The notes: generated by a model not told the origin, from the sequence alone. A DNA stretch of 63,680 bases, filler included, from Ferroacidibacillus organovorans (GCF_001642725.1; 4 parts of 4 records of this genome joined end to end with filler, not necessarily neighbours in it); one strand, 5' to 3'. Positions 23,155-33,389 are shown, counted from the first letter of the whole stretch. Numbers and translations: made by a program.

Positions 23155-24459
23155 ATGGGAGATCAAGCGAAACTTCAATCCCGCTCTGATGAAGAGCAAG
23201 CGCGTCAAATGGCAGCGTCGTTTCAGGAAGCGTTTCGCTGGCAAGGCATTGAGCGCCCTTATCGCGCCGAAGATGTGCTGCGTCTGCGCGGGTCTGTAAC
23301 GATTGAACACACGCTTGCAAAGATGGGCAGTAAGCGCTTGTTTGAACTTTTGCACAGCGACCCTTACGTCCCGGCGCTCGGTGCACTCACGGGAAATCAG
23401 GCTGTTCAACAGGTTCGCGCAGGGCTGAAAGCGATTTATTTAAGTGGCTGGCAGGTTGCGGCAGACGCGAACCTTTCCGGACACATGTACCCTGATCAGA
23501 GTCTCTATCCTTCAAACAGTGTTCCCCATGTTGTAAAACGGATCAATCAGGCGCTTTCGCGCGCCGATCAGATCGATCACGCAGAAGGCAAGCGTGACAC
23601 CTACTGGTTTGCTCCGATTGTCGCCGACGCAGAGGCGGGATTTGGCGGTCCGCTCAATGTGTTTGAGCTTATGAAATCCATGATTGAAGCGGGCGCCGCA
23701 GGCGTTCACTTTGAGGATCAGCTCGCCTCTGAGAAAAAATGTGGCCACATGGGGGGCAAGGTGCTCATTCCAACGGCGCACGCGGTTCGCAATCTGGTTG
23801 CGGCGAGACTCGCGGCTGATGTGATGGATGTGGATACGCTGATCATCGCTCGAACGGATGCAAACGGCGCTTTTCTCCTCACAAGTGATGTGGATATGCG
23901 CGATCGACCGTTTCTCACAGGTGAGCGGACGGCAGAAGGATTTTTTCAAATCCGTGGGGGGATTGAATCGGCGATTGCGCGCGGGCTCGCATATGCGCCT
24001 TACGCAGATCTCATCTGGTGTGAAACATCCGAACCAAACCTCGATGAGGCGCGTCAGTTTGCGGATGCAATTCATGAAAAGCATCCGGGCAAGTTACTCG
24101 CGTACAATTGTTCGCCATCCTTCAATTGGAAAAAGAAGCTGCCGGAAGACACGATTGAAACGTTTCAGCAGCAACTCGCAGAAATGGGCTACAAGTTTCA
24201 ATTCGTGACGCTTGCTGGGTTTCACGCCCTGAATCACAGCATGTTTGAATTGGCGCGCGGCTATCGCGAACGGGGCATGGCCGCCTACTCTGAGTTGCAA
24301 CAGGCTGAATTTGCGAGCGAGGCGAGCGGATACACGGCGACTCGCCATCAGCGTGAAGTGGGGACAGGTTATTTTGACGAGGTTGCCCAAGTGATCGCGG
24401 GTGGCAATGCGTCAACGACTGCGATGACCGGTTCAACGGAAGAAGAGCAATTTGTGTAA
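23155..24459 (+). CDS. aceA: isocitrate lyase
   Basis: KKCGHMGGK signature, [18 protein letters not shown] before ATG 23155. Confidence 0.97.
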   Translation: MGDQAKLQSRSDEEQARQMAASFQEAFRWQGIERPYRAEDVLRLRGSVTIEHTLAKMGSKRLFELLHSDPYVPALGALTGNQAVQQVRAGLKAIYLSGWQVAADANLSGHMYPDQSLYPSNSVPHVVKRINQALSRADQIDHAEGKRDTYWFAPIVADAEAGFGGPLNVFELMKSMIEAGAAGVHFEDQLASEKKCGHMGGKVLIPTAHAVRNLVAARLAADVMDVDTLIIARTDANGAFLLTSDVDMRDRPFLTGERTAEGFFQIRGGIESAIARGLAYAPYADLIWCETSEPNLDEARQFADAIHEKHPGKLLAYNCSPSFNWKKKLPEDTIETFQQQLAEMGYKFQFVTLAGFHALNHSMFELARGYRERGMAAYSELQQAEFASEASGYTATRHQREVGTGYFDEVAQVIAGGNASTTAMTGSTEEEQFV

Positions 24460-24535
24460 AACGGATGTGAGAATGTGCCTCACACTGCGATCGTATTCGC
24501 TCTGATAGGCTTCAAACCGAGGAGGAGGAGAGAGT

Positions 24536-24661
24536 ATGGAATCGATTCAGCAACGCATTGAGGCGGAAGATGTTTGTGGGGTTTGCGGGGAACAACTCTC
24601 GGATGCCCACGAAATGATGACATTGACGTGTGAAATGTGCGCTCGCCACTCTGAAGAATAG
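24536..24661 (+). CDS. 41-aa CxxC...CxxC peptide, YhfH-like (below ORF-track cutoff)
   Basis: MESIQQRIEAEDVCGVCGEQLSDAHEMMTLTCEMCARHSEE; RBS GGAGGAGGAG; terminator-like hairpin follows. Confidence 0.75.
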   Translation: MESIQQRIEAEDVCGVCGEQLSDAHEMMTLTCEMCARHSEE

Positions 24662-24881
24662 TGCGCGCAAAGGGTCTGAGTGACGGCGAAAATGGTTGCG
24701 GGTGGGCGTCCGAAAGGATTCCCGCCCTTTTGCATGGGATTCTTTTCACGATCCTGATCCTATGGGATGAATTTTGTTGACAGCCTCCTTCCGACCTTGG
24801 GAAGGGCGGTTGCATATTGCGCTGTCATGCGATAGTCTACGCGAGTAGGATGGTATTCCTTCCTGAATCTTCAATGATAGG

Positions 24882-25610
24882 ATGATGGTCTCAGTGGGTA
24901 TTCGCGTAACAGTTTGGAATGAATTTCGCCACGAGAAGTCAGATGAAGCCGTACGCGCTGTGTATCCGGATGGGATTCACGAGGCGATCGCGGCTCCACT
25001 TCGCGATGCATCGTTTGAGGTTCGCACGGCAACGCTTGATGAGCCTGAACACGGGCTTAGCCAGGATGTTCTTGACGCAACGGATGTATTAGTCTGGTGG
25101 GGACATATGGCGCACGGTGACGTAGAGGATGAGGTCGTCAAGCGCGTTGTGCAGCGTGTCTGGGACGGCATGGGACTTATCGTGCTTCACTCAGGTCATT
25201 TTTCTAAGGTGTTTAAGACGCTCATGGGAACGTCGTGTGACCTCAAATGGCGAGAAGCTGGAGAGAAGGAGCGTCTTTGGGTCGTCAATCCTTCGCATCC
25301 GATTGCGCATGGCCTTGATTCGTATTTTGAACTCCCGCATGAAGAAATGTATGGTGAGCATTTTGATATTCCAGATCCAGATGAGCTTGTTTTTGTGAGT
25401 TGGTTCCAAGGCGGCGAGGTATTTCGCAGCGGATGCACATTTCATCGCGGAAACGGAAAAATCTTTTATTTCCGACCAGGGCATGAAACCCATCCAACGT
25501 ATTTTGACAAAAATGTTCGCAAAGTCATTGAGAACGCGGCGCGCTATGTGGCTCCGATTCACGGCGCGAAGCCTGTTTATGGAAACGCCAAACCGCTTGA
25601 AGTCCTTTAA
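24882..25610 (+). CDS. ThuA domain protein
   Basis: [28 protein letters not shown]. Confidence 0.9.
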   Translation: MMVSVGIRVTVWNEFRHEKSDEAVRAVYPDGIHEAIAAPLRDASFEVRTATLDEPEHGLSQDVLDATDVLVWWGHMAHGDVEDEVVKRVVQRVWDGMGLIVLHSGHFSKVFKTLMGTSCDLKWREAGEKERLWVVNPSHPIAHGLDSYFELPHEEMYGEHFDIPDPDELVFVSWFQGGEVFRSGCTFHRGNGKIFYFRPGHETHPTYFDKNVRKVIENAARYVAPIHGAKPVYGNAKPLEVL

Positions 25611-25630
25611 TTCTATGTGTAGTTGAATGG

Positions 25631-25670
25631 AAACCCGAGTATCCACACGGCGTGGTTACTCGGGTTTTTT
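25631..25670 (+). terminator. intrinsic terminator after thuA-like gene
   Basis: AAACCCGAGTA...TACTCGGGTTTTTT. Confidence 0.75.
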
Positions 25671-25847
25671 AACGTGTGCCAAGCATGATGACATTGACAT
25701 CATTCTACGGTGTATCCTATCATTTGGTTACCATATTCTATCATTTGATAAGCGAACTTCGTCATTTGATCGTTTTTTATTTTTGGAAACAATAGATACT
25801 ATATATGTATCTAACGTTTTGTAGTATACTATTCTTAGGTGATCGTA

Positions 25848-26246
25848 ATGAGTAGAGATGTTGATTCAAACCACAATATCACGTTCGACTGTACATACCA
25901 TGTTGTCTTTTGTCCGAAATATCGCCGTAAAGTGCTTGTTGAACCTATTGACGCAAGGTTAAAGGTGTTGCTTTCGGAAAAGGCAACGGACATTCAGGCG
26001 AAAATCGTTGAGATGGAAATCATGCCTGATCATGTTAGCCTTCTCATCAAGTGCGATCCGCAATACGGCATTCACAAAGTCGTTAAACAACTCAAAGGAT
26101 ATACGTCCAAAGTTCTTCGCGATGAATTCAAATCGCTAAAGAGTCGATTGCCAACGCTTTGGACAAATTCCTATTTTGTCACTACGGTGGGCACGGTTCA
26201 ACTGGACGTAATCAAGAAGTATATCGAAGAGCAGAAATCGAGGTGA
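25848..26246 (+). CDS. tnpA: IS200/IS605 Y1 transposase (HUH motif altered)
   Basis: YHVVFCPKYRR, LWTNSYF, KKYIEEQ; DHVSL in place of DHVHL. Confidence 0.92.
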   Translation: MSRDVDSNHNITFDCTYHVVFCPKYRRKVLVEPIDARLKVLLSEKATDIQAKIVEMEIMPDHVSLLIKCDPQYGIHKVVKQLKGYTSKVLRDEFKSLKSRLPTLWTNSYFVTTVGTVQLDVIKKYIEEQKSR

Positions 26247-26250
26247 AATC

Positions 26251-27330
26251 ATGAGAAAGGCTTACAAATACAGACTCTATCCCACGAAAGAACAAGAAGA
26301 GAAAATACAGTTCACTTTAGAGCGTTGTCGCCTACTCTACAATCGCATGCTTGAAGAACGGCGATTTGCCTATGAAACGGAGAAGGCCACACTGAATTAC
26401 TACGATCAGGCCAATACACTGAATGAGCGCAAGAAGTACATTCCGTCGTTAAAACAGGTTCACTCGCAGGTGTTGCAAGATGTGATTAAACGACTGGACA
26501 AAGCGTTTCAAGCTTTCTTTCGTCGCGTGAAGGCAGGAGAGACACCTGGCTATCCGCGTTTTAAATCAGCAGGACGATACGATTCTTTTACGTACCCACA
26601 GAGCGGCTATTCGGTCTGTGGTACTAAATTAACACTCTCGAAGATTGGCGAAGTGAAACTGAAACTTCATCGTCAGCCGCAAGGGGAAATCAAAACGTGT
26701 ACTGTCTTGGTGAAAAACGGGAAGTATTACGCCAGTCTGTCGTGCGAGGTAGAGTCGAATACCGCGCCAGAGTCCAAAGGAACCGTAGGGATTGATCTTG
26801 GTGTCAAATATCTTGCCATTACCTCGAATGGGGAATTTTACGAACATCCGAAGTTCCTGCGTGAATCCGAACGGAAGTTGCACAGAAAGCAACGATCCGT
26901 ATCACGCAAGAAGAAAGGGTCTTCTCGTCGTGGCGAGGCCATCAGAGAACTGGCGAGATTGCATGAGCATATCGCAAATCAACGCAGGGACTACGCGCAC
27001 AAAGTGTCTCGAAAACTGGTCAATGGCTACGGACTCATTGCCTTTGAAAAACTGAACGTACAAGGCATGGTGAAAAATCATCATCTTGCAAAAAGCATCG
27101 TTGATGCGTCTTGGAATCAACTCATACAGTACACCACGTACAAAGCGGAAGAAGCTGGTCGTCGTGTCGTGTTGGTTGATCCAAAGAATACGAGTCAACT
27201 CTGCTCGAACTGTGGCGAAATTGTCCATAAGAAGCAGTCTGAGCGTGTACACAGCTGCAATCATTGCGGCTATGTACAGGATCGGGATATAAACGCCGCG
27301 CAAAACATTTTGAAACGTGCGTTAGCCTAG
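26251..27330 (+). CDS. tnpB: TnpB RNA-guided endonuclease
   Basis: GIDLG, AFEKL, DRDINAA RuvC residues; CSNC/CNHC zinc finger. Confidence 0.95.
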   Translation: MRKAYKYRLYPTKEQEEKIQFTLERCRLLYNRMLEERRFAYETEKATLNYYDQANTLNERKKYIPSLKQVHSQVLQDVIKRLDKAFQAFFRRVKAGETPGYPRFKSAGRYDSFTYPQSGYSVCGTKLTLSKIGEVKLKLHRQPQGEIKTCTVLVKNGKYYASLSCEVESNTAPESKGTVGIDLGVKYLAITSNGEFYEHPKFLRESERKLHRKQRSVSRKKKGSSRRGEAIRELARLHEHIANQRRDYAHKVSRKLVNGYGLIAFEKLNVQGMVKNHHLAKSIVDASWNQLIQYTTYKAEEAGRRVVLVDPKNTSQLCSNCGEIVHKKQSERVHSCNHCGYVQDRDINAAQNILKRALA

Positions 27331-27431
27331 CGTATCAACTTGGCTCGGACCGAGCCTTCAGGACATAACGTAGGCGGTTGCGTCATGCGTGTTCTGAGAA
27401 GCCCCTGCCTAAAGGCTGTGGGAGTGGTCAC

Positions 27432-27755
27432 CGGAGTCAGGGTTTTCGCTATGCGTTGGATGATGTGGGACAAGGATTCAATGATGTGTCGATGTTAAGT
27501 CAGCTTGAACCGGATATTATCAAGCTCGATCGCGCGTTTGTGCGCGAGATTGACAAGGACGCAGACAAGCGGAGAGTCGCCAAAACCATCTCCAGATTGG
27601 CACAGTCCATTGGCTCTGTGCGTTTGGCCGAGGGAGTCGAGACGAAAGCGGAAGCGGATGTTTTATTGGAACTCGGCTTTGGGTGGCAACAAGGGTTTTA
27701 CTATGGGCGACCGTCGTTTCAGCCTGTGCCTGGGGAGGCAAAGCGCGCCGAGTAG
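27432..27755 (+). pseudogene. 3' half of an EAL-domain phosphodiesterase gene
   Basis: ALDDVGQG, IKLDR, AEGVET, QGFYYGRP begin exactly after the IS TCAC end; no N-terminal half found. Confidence 0.85.
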
Positions 27756-27784
27756 GCGCGCTTTACACTGGATGTCCTACCGAA

Positions 27785-28681
27785 TCAGGTTTGTCCAACC
27801 CAGTCTGCCGACGCCACGTCGTGATAGCGACTGCGAATCGCTGCAAACATTTCCTCGGGAAGCGGGCCGCGTTCGAGCAGGCGCGCGTTTTCTTGCCAGC
27901 GTCCAGGCTGCGTCGTGCCGACGATCGCCGTGTGTACGCCAGGGATGCTGAGTGTGAAACGCAGCGCGACACCCACTGCGTCGGTGAGATTACCTTCTAG
28001 GAAATCGTAGCGGAGAGACTGAAATCGCTCCCAATAGGCGTGATGATACGCCTCGGTTGGCTTCTCCTTGGTTTTCCACGCTGCATTCGCAATGGGTCGC
28101 TTGGCGATCACGCCCATGTTGCGTGCGGCGGCGTGCGGAATGGTGAGTTCAATCGGCTCCTGATCCGCGATATTGACAGACGTCTGCAGCGCGTCAAACG
28201 CGCCACACTCAATGGCGTAGCGCGCGGCGGACCGATCCCCGCTGTATCCGATGTACCGCGTTTTCCCCGCCTCTTTAGCCCGGCGTAAAACATCAATCAC
28301 ATCGCCTTGGCGAAGCACTTCCTCACTGCAACTGTGAAGTTGTATAAGGTCGACGTGATCGGTTTTTAAGCGCGTCAGGCTGCGCTCAATCGATTTTTGC
28401 AGCATGGCGGGCGTCCAGTCAGGCTCTGCGAATCCGGCCGCGTGGCCGCACTTTGTAAAGAGGTAGAAATCACTGCGGCGATCGCTTACTGCCTCGCCGA
28501 TCAGTTCTTCGCTCTCGCGGTAGCATTCCGCCGTGTCGATCACATTCAGACCAGCGTCGAGCGCTGACGCGAGCAAATTTTTTACATCCCGCACGTTGAC
28601 ACCCTGATAACCAATCTCAGATCCGCCAAAACCGAGCACACTGACATGCATGTCTGTGTTGCCAAAACGCCGTTTTTCCAC
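27785..28681 (-). CDS. aldo/keto reductase
   Basis: LGFGG, DTAECY, TKCG, DLIQLH. Confidence 0.92.
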   Translation of the reverse strand: MEKRRFGNTDMHVSVLGFGGSEIGYQGVNVRDVKNLLASALDAGLNVIDTAECYRESEELIGEAVSDRRSDFYLFTKCGHAAGFAEPDWTPAMLQKSIERSLTRLKTDHVDLIQLHSCSEEVLRQGDVIDVLRRAKEAGKTRYIGYSGDRSAARYAIECGAFDALQTSVNIADQEPIELTIPHAAARNMGVIAKRPIANAAWKTKEKPTEAYHHAYWERFQSLRYDFLEGNLTDAVGVALRFTLSIPGVHTAIVGTTQPGRWQENARLLERGPLPEEMFAAIRSRYHDVASADWVGQT

Positions 28682-28814
28682 GAAAATCCTCCTTTATTGG
28701 TAATTCTTCTACGAAAATGATTGTAACCTATAAAAAAAGGATTGAACAAGTTTAGATTTTTCTGTACCATCGGAGTACTTCGCAAGTTTCATTTTACCTT
28801 AAGGAGGGTTCCGC

Positions 28815-30224
28815 TTGGCACAGTTGAATCGGCAGGCGCTCGGCGTTTGGCCAGTCGTGTTTCAGTCTATCACCTATATGGCGCCAGGCGCGGCGGTCGC
28901 GTATAGCATTTACCTGTCTGCACAATACGCGGGGGGAGCGCTTACGCTGTCCGTTGTTCTCGCGCTGATCGGCGCGCTGTTTTCAGCCGTGTCGATTGGC
29001 GAGCTCGCGCGAAAGATTCCATCAGCCGGAAGTTTTTATACGTATACCAGCAAGACGCTCGGGGGCGGCGTCGGTTTCATCGTAGGCTTTATGTTCAATT
29101 TTGCCCAGTCACTCGGAGCTCCGTTTCTGCTTCTCATCATGGGTCAGGTGATCCAGGATACGGTTTCTAGCTATCTTCATGTCACCATCCCTTGGTACGT
29201 GTGGTTTTTGCTCGGGGCACTGTTTGTCTTTACGCTCTCCTATCGTGGTGTGAAACTGTCTGCCAAAACGGGGATTTGGCTTGGGCTGTTTGAACTGCTT
29301 GTCTTTTGCTTGCTCGCGTTCACGCTCATCGCAAAAGCGGGCAGCCACAATACGCTGTCCGTTTTTAACCCTAAACTCGCACTGGTCAAGGGTGCAGGCG
29401 GTTTTGGCGGCGTCTTTCAAGGCATGATCTACTGCATTCAGGCGTTCATCGGCTTTGAAGGCGCGGCGGCGCTGGCCGAAGAAACGAAGAATCCGCGCAA
29501 TGTGACGCGCGCCATCTTTTGGTCGACCGTCGGCATCGGGCTGTTCTACGTGTTCACGACATACGCTGGGACCGTCGGCTGGGGCATCAACAACATGAGC
29601 TCGTTTGCGAGCAATTCGGATCCATGGCATGTTTTGGCCGTCGGTGGCTGGGGCGTCGGTTGGATTCTCGTCTTTCTCGCCATCGTAAACTCATTTATCG
29701 CAAACTCAAATGCGGCGACGACCGTCTCGACGCGGATGATGTTCTCGATGGGACGTGTTGGTGCGCTTCCGCGCGCGCTGTCCTATATCCATCCGACCTT
29801 TGAGACGCCATCTCGCGCGGCGCTCGCGCAGTTGGTCTGGACGCTCGTGCTGGGTCTTGTTTGCGGCTTTGTGCTTGGCCCGATGAATGGGTACATCATG
29901 CTTGCCACCGTGACGACGATCATCATGATCGCTATCTATCTGCTCGCCAATCTCGCGTCCCTGCTTCTCTATAGTCGGCAGCATCGCGCAGAATTTTCGA
30001 TCGGCAAGCACGTGATCGTGCCGCTTCTTGGCATCGTTTTTTTCATTCCGCCACTCGCCACGTCGGTTTACCCGGTTCCGGCGTTTCCGGCAAACTTTGC
30101 GGTGCCGATCATCATCATCTGGTTCGTGCTCGGCTTGGTGTTCTATTTTAATCTGAGATCGCGCAATCCAGAGGCGCTTTTGCGGGCGAAAGATGTGTTT
30201 GTTTCGGAAGAAGTCTCGATGTAA
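28815..30224 (+). CDS. APC family amino acid permease
   Basis: 12 TM segments, AGSFYTY, GFEGAAALAEE. Confidence 0.9.
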   Translation: MAQLNRQALGVWPVVFQSITYMAPGAAVAYSIYLSAQYAGGALTLSVVLALIGALFSAVSIGELARKIPSAGSFYTYTSKTLGGGVGFIVGFMFNFAQSLGAPFLLLIMGQVIQDTVSSYLHVTIPWYVWFLLGALFVFTLSYRGVKLSAKTGIWLGLFELLVFCLLAFTLIAKAGSHNTLSVFNPKLALVKGAGGFGGVFQGMIYCIQAFIGFEGAAALAEETKNPRNVTRAIFWSTVGIGLFYVFTTYAGTVGWGINNMSSFASNSDPWHVLAVGGWGVGWILVFLAIVNSFIANSNAATTVSTRMMFSMGRVGALPRALSYIHPTFETPSRAALAQLVWTLVLGLVCGFVLGPMNGYIMLATVTTIIMIAIYLLANLASLLLYSRQHRAEFSIGKHVIVPLLGIVFFIPPLATSVYPVPAFPANFAVPIIIIWFVLGLVFYFNLRSRNPEALLRAKDVFVSEEVSM

Positions 30225-30265
30225 CATGAGTGGATCGGGACGTTTAGGAGCGGGAGTGAAGGTGT

Positions 30266-31024
30266 ATGCGCATCGACTTTAACGCGGATCTCGGCGAGGG
30301 GTTTGGGCCGTACACGATCGGCGATGACGAAGCTGTCCTTGACGTCGTCACATCGGCGAATCTCGCGTGCGGGTTTCACGCGGGGGATCCGAACGTGATG
30401 ATGGAGCGCATCGAGATGGCGCAAAACCGGGGAGTGCGCATCGGCGCGCACCCCGGTTACGCGGATCGCATCGGGTTTGGCAGGCGTGACATTCCACACG
30501 CGGATGAGGAGTGGATCCGAGTGATTCTCTATCAGTGGGGCGCGCTCGCGGCGCTCGCAACGCAAGTCGGCGCGCGTGTTACGCATCTTAAAATGCACGG
30601 CGCACTGTACCACAAGTCGGCGTACAGTTCTGCATGCGATCGACTGGTTGAGGCGATTTGCAAAATGGATGATCGCGTTGTACTGTTTGCGCCGTGTGGC
30701 AGCCCGCTCGCGAAAGCCGGTAGATTGGCAGGTCTCTCGGTTTGCGAAGAGATGTTTGCGGATCGCAGCTATGAACCGGATGGAACATTGACGCCGCGCA
30801 ACGTAGAAGGCGCTATCTTTCACGATCCGGAGATGATTGCGCGCCGGATCGTCGACGCGCTTACGCAGGGCACCATCGCGGCACGTGACGGCACATCCGT
30901 CCCACTGCGCGCGGACACGGTGTGCATCCACGGCGATCACGCGGGGGCGGTTGAAACAGCACGCACGCTGAAGCTTCGCCTTCAGGTGAACGGCGTGGTC
31001 GTTGCCCCTTACGGAATCGGGTGA
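30266..31024 (+). CDS. pxpA: 5-oxoprolinase subunit A (LamB/YcsF family)
   Basis: DFNADLGE, SANLACGFHAGDP, GAHPGY, CIHGD. Confidence 0.92.
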   Translation: MRIDFNADLGEGFGPYTIGDDEAVLDVVTSANLACGFHAGDPNVMMERIEMAQNRGVRIGAHPGYADRIGFGRRDIPHADEEWIRVILYQWGALAALATQVGARVTHLKMHGALYHKSAYSSACDRLVEAICKMDDRVVLFAPCGSPLAKAGRLAGLSVCEEMFADRSYEPDGTLTPRNVEGAIFHDPEMIARRIVDALTQGTIAARDGTSVPLRADTVCIHGDHAGAVETARTLKLRLQVNGVVVAPYGIG

Positions 31025-31788
31025 AAATGATGCACAAGGTTCACCAATCTACAATCACGGATGCGGTGTTGAATCGATTGATCGATCGGTTCGTTTCTGA
31101 TCGCGATTTGTATTTTTTTGAAGATGATTCGATCATACAAAGCTTGCTGGCAATGGGAATACCTATCTACACGCCTTCTGAATTGGCACGAAGTTTCCCG
31201 ACATTTTCGTTAGAGTATGGCGCAATCTATGGTTTGTGGAGTATGAATCTCACAGAGCACGTGATGGCGGCATTCCTCCAGACGGAGCAATTGCAATCTT
31301 TTGATCCTGACATTCAGCAAAGAATTTTGGAGTATCAAGTGAGATGCAAAAGAGGCCAGCTCTATCTTGAATCTTGGTTTGAAGATCATTTACCTTTGAC
31401 AAGTTATACAGTGACTGTGGAAGGGCAACGATTTTATCTGCTTCAATCAAGAGACTGGCGATCTTTTTCTGCGGATGTTCGAAAAAGATGGATATTAAAG
31501 TGGTTGCGAGAATGGCATAAACGTGATGAGGGCAGCGCCGATGTAGCGATCGATGGCGCCGATGTAAGAGTACCACTTGAACTTCTTAACGAGTTCGCAG
31601 GGACATTTGCTGATCGAAGTGGCCCAAATTGCTTTGCCGCAGCCGCTGCGATGGCCGTGTGCAGAAGCAGTGTTCAGAACCTTGCACAAGCTCGTGATTT
31701 GATATTTTCATGGCTTCATCAAGAACCCTTCTTTCGATTGCTTAAGGCGCATTTGGAAACGGGGGCCATGAGGCTCTCTTTCGAATGA
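31021..31788 (+). CDS. hypothetical protein, AT-richer than neighbours, possibly 3'-truncated
   Basis: 255-aa ORF overlapping the pxpA stop; SGPNC motif near the C-terminus. Confidence 0.55.
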   Translation: MKMMHKVHQSTITDAVLNRLIDRFVSDRDLYFFEDDSIIQSLLAMGIPIYTPSELARSFPTFSLEYGAIYGLWSMNLTEHVMAAFLQTEQLQSFDPDIQQRILEYQVRCKRGQLYLESWFEDHLPLTSYTVTVEGQRFYLLQSRDWRSFSADVRKRWILKWLREWHKRDEGSADVAIDGADVRVPLELLNEFAGTFADRSGPNCFAAAAAMAVCRSSVQNLAQARDLIFSWLHQEPFFRLLKAHLETGAMRLSFE

Positions 31789-31816
31789 AAAGACAATGAT
31801 TCTTGGGAGTGGAAAT

Positions 31817-32329
31817 ATGCCGAGAAACGCCGGACGAGTGCCGGGTCAGAGGATGCCTAATTTTTCGTTGCCAGACCTTGCGGGCGTGGTGCATCGACAC
31901 ACGGAGTATCTCGGAAAACCGCTGCTGCTCTATTTCCTGCGTGGCACGTGGTGACCGAATTGTCGTCGCCAACTCGGGGAGTTGGACAAGCAGCGCGCGG
32001 CGATTGTGGCCGCTGGCGCCGAGATTCTCTGCATCGTCGGGCAAAACCGTGCGGCGGTTGCCGCGTATTTTGCGAAGCTCGGTTACACCTTTCCCGTTCT
32101 GATCGATGAGACGCGCGAGGTGATTCAAGCGTTTGACGTGTTTCACGCGCTCTCCTTTGACGCGTACCGTATCGCGCGGCCCAGTCTCTTTCTCATCGAT
32201 CGAAACGGGCAAATCGCCTATCGCTATGTGGGGCGCAATCAGGCGGACAATCCACCAAGCGATGTGCAGATGCGTGAATTGGCGGATGTGCTCGCGCGCG
32301 TGGCACAACAGGATGAATCTTCACGATGA
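31817..32329 (+). CDS. AhpC/TSA peroxiredoxin-like probable selenoprotein (UxxC)
   Basis: MPNFSLPD...YFLRGTW-UGA(31952)-PNC...RPSLFLID in one frame; hairpin after the UGA. Confidence 0.8.
31960..31989 (+). promoter_or_regulatory. candidate bacterial SECIS
   Basis: CCAACTC-GGG-GAGTTGG stem with lower TTGT/ACAA pairing; upper stem starts 14 nt after the UGA. Confidence 0.65.
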
Positions 32330-32345
32330 GTGGAAGTGAACGTTT

Positions 32346-33272
32346 GTGACGCATGTTTTGGTAACGGGTGGAACAGGATTGATCGGCCGGCCCCTGGTGG
32401 ATGCTTTGCTCGCGCGCGGCGATCGTGTGACCCTTCTGACGCGCGATGTTGACCGCGCGGTAGCGCTGTTTCACGGGCGTGTAGAAGCGATCCATTGGGA
32501 AGAGCTTGATCAAACACGCGCGGCGTACGCGGCGGTCGTGAATCTGGCGGGCGAGTCCCTGAGCGCGGGGCGCTGGACGAGTGAGCGCAAAGCGCGAATC
32601 ATGGGAAGCCGCGTACAGACAACGCGTGCGCTGATTCGTGCGATTGCACAGTTTGAACAAAAACCGCGCGTTCTTGTAAACGCCTCCGCCATCGGTTATT
32701 ACGACACTTCGGAGACTGCGACGTTTACTGAGCGCGATGTGTGTTTACCAGACAATTTTCTGGCGCAAGTTGTCCGTGCGTGGGAAGACGAGGCAAGCCG
32801 CGCGCGTGAGGCTTTCGTACGCGTGGTGTTTGCTCGCTTTGGCGTCGTTTTGAGTCTTGAGGGAGGCGCGCTTCCGTCACTCTTGAAACCCTACCAACTC
32901 GGCATTGGCGGCACCGTCGGATCAGGCCGACAGTGGCTTTCGTGGATCCACATTGGGGATGTGGTGGGAATGTTGCTCTTGGCGATCGACCAAACAGGTC
33001 TCTCGGGGCCGCTGAATGTGACTGCGCCCGCGCCCGTTCGCATGCGCGAAATGGGTAAGACGATCGCTTTGGCGCTGCAAAAGCCGCACTGGCTCCCCGC
33101 TCCGTCGTTTGCCTTGCGCGCGCTGCTCGGCGAGATGGCCACCCTTGTGCTTGATGGTCAGCGTGTACTTCCAACCGTCGCGCAGACGCACGGCTATGCA
33201 TTCTTATATACGAACCTGCAAAATGCACTCGGAGATTTCGTGCGCACAAAGGACACAAGGAAAGCGCCATAG
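32346..33272 (+). CDS. TIGR01777 family NAD-dependent epimerase/oxidoreductase
   Basis: VTGGTGLIG, VNLAGE, ASAIGYY, GSGRQWLSWIH. Confidence 0.9.
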   Translation: MTHVLVTGGTGLIGRPLVDALLARGDRVTLLTRDVDRAVALFHGRVEAIHWEELDQTRAAYAAVVNLAGESLSAGRWTSERKARIMGSRVQTTRALIRAIAQFEQKPRVLVNASAIGYYDTSETATFTERDVCLPDNFLAQVVRAWEDEASRAREAFVRVVFARFGVVLSLEGGALPSLLKPYQLGIGGTVGSGRQWLSWIHIGDVVGMLLLAIDQTGLSGPLNVTAPAPVRMREMGKTIALALQKPHWLPAPSFALRALLGEMATLVLDGQRVLPTVAQTHGYAFLYTNLQNALGDFVRTKDTRKAP

Positions 33273-33389
33273 ATGTAAAATGAGCATCCTCTTAAAGCTA
33301 GATTTCAGCAACCTCCACTATCATGATTGCATCCTAAGACTCAATCCGTGTGATGAGTCGCGTGAACGTGAAAGGCGGATGCAATCAAC

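Larger units (their letters stand above)
25781..27431 (+). mobile_element. IS200/IS605-family element (left end approximate)
   Basis: tnpA+tnpB; subterminal hairpin GCCCCTGCCTAAAGGCTGTGGG and TCAC right end at 27428-27431; TAGATAC/GTATCTA palindrome upstream of tnpA. Confidence 0.8.

Noticed and set aside
27378..27431. N-terminus of the 125-aa ORF 27378-27755
   Set aside because: Derived from the IS right end; no RBS, not part of the EAL domain.
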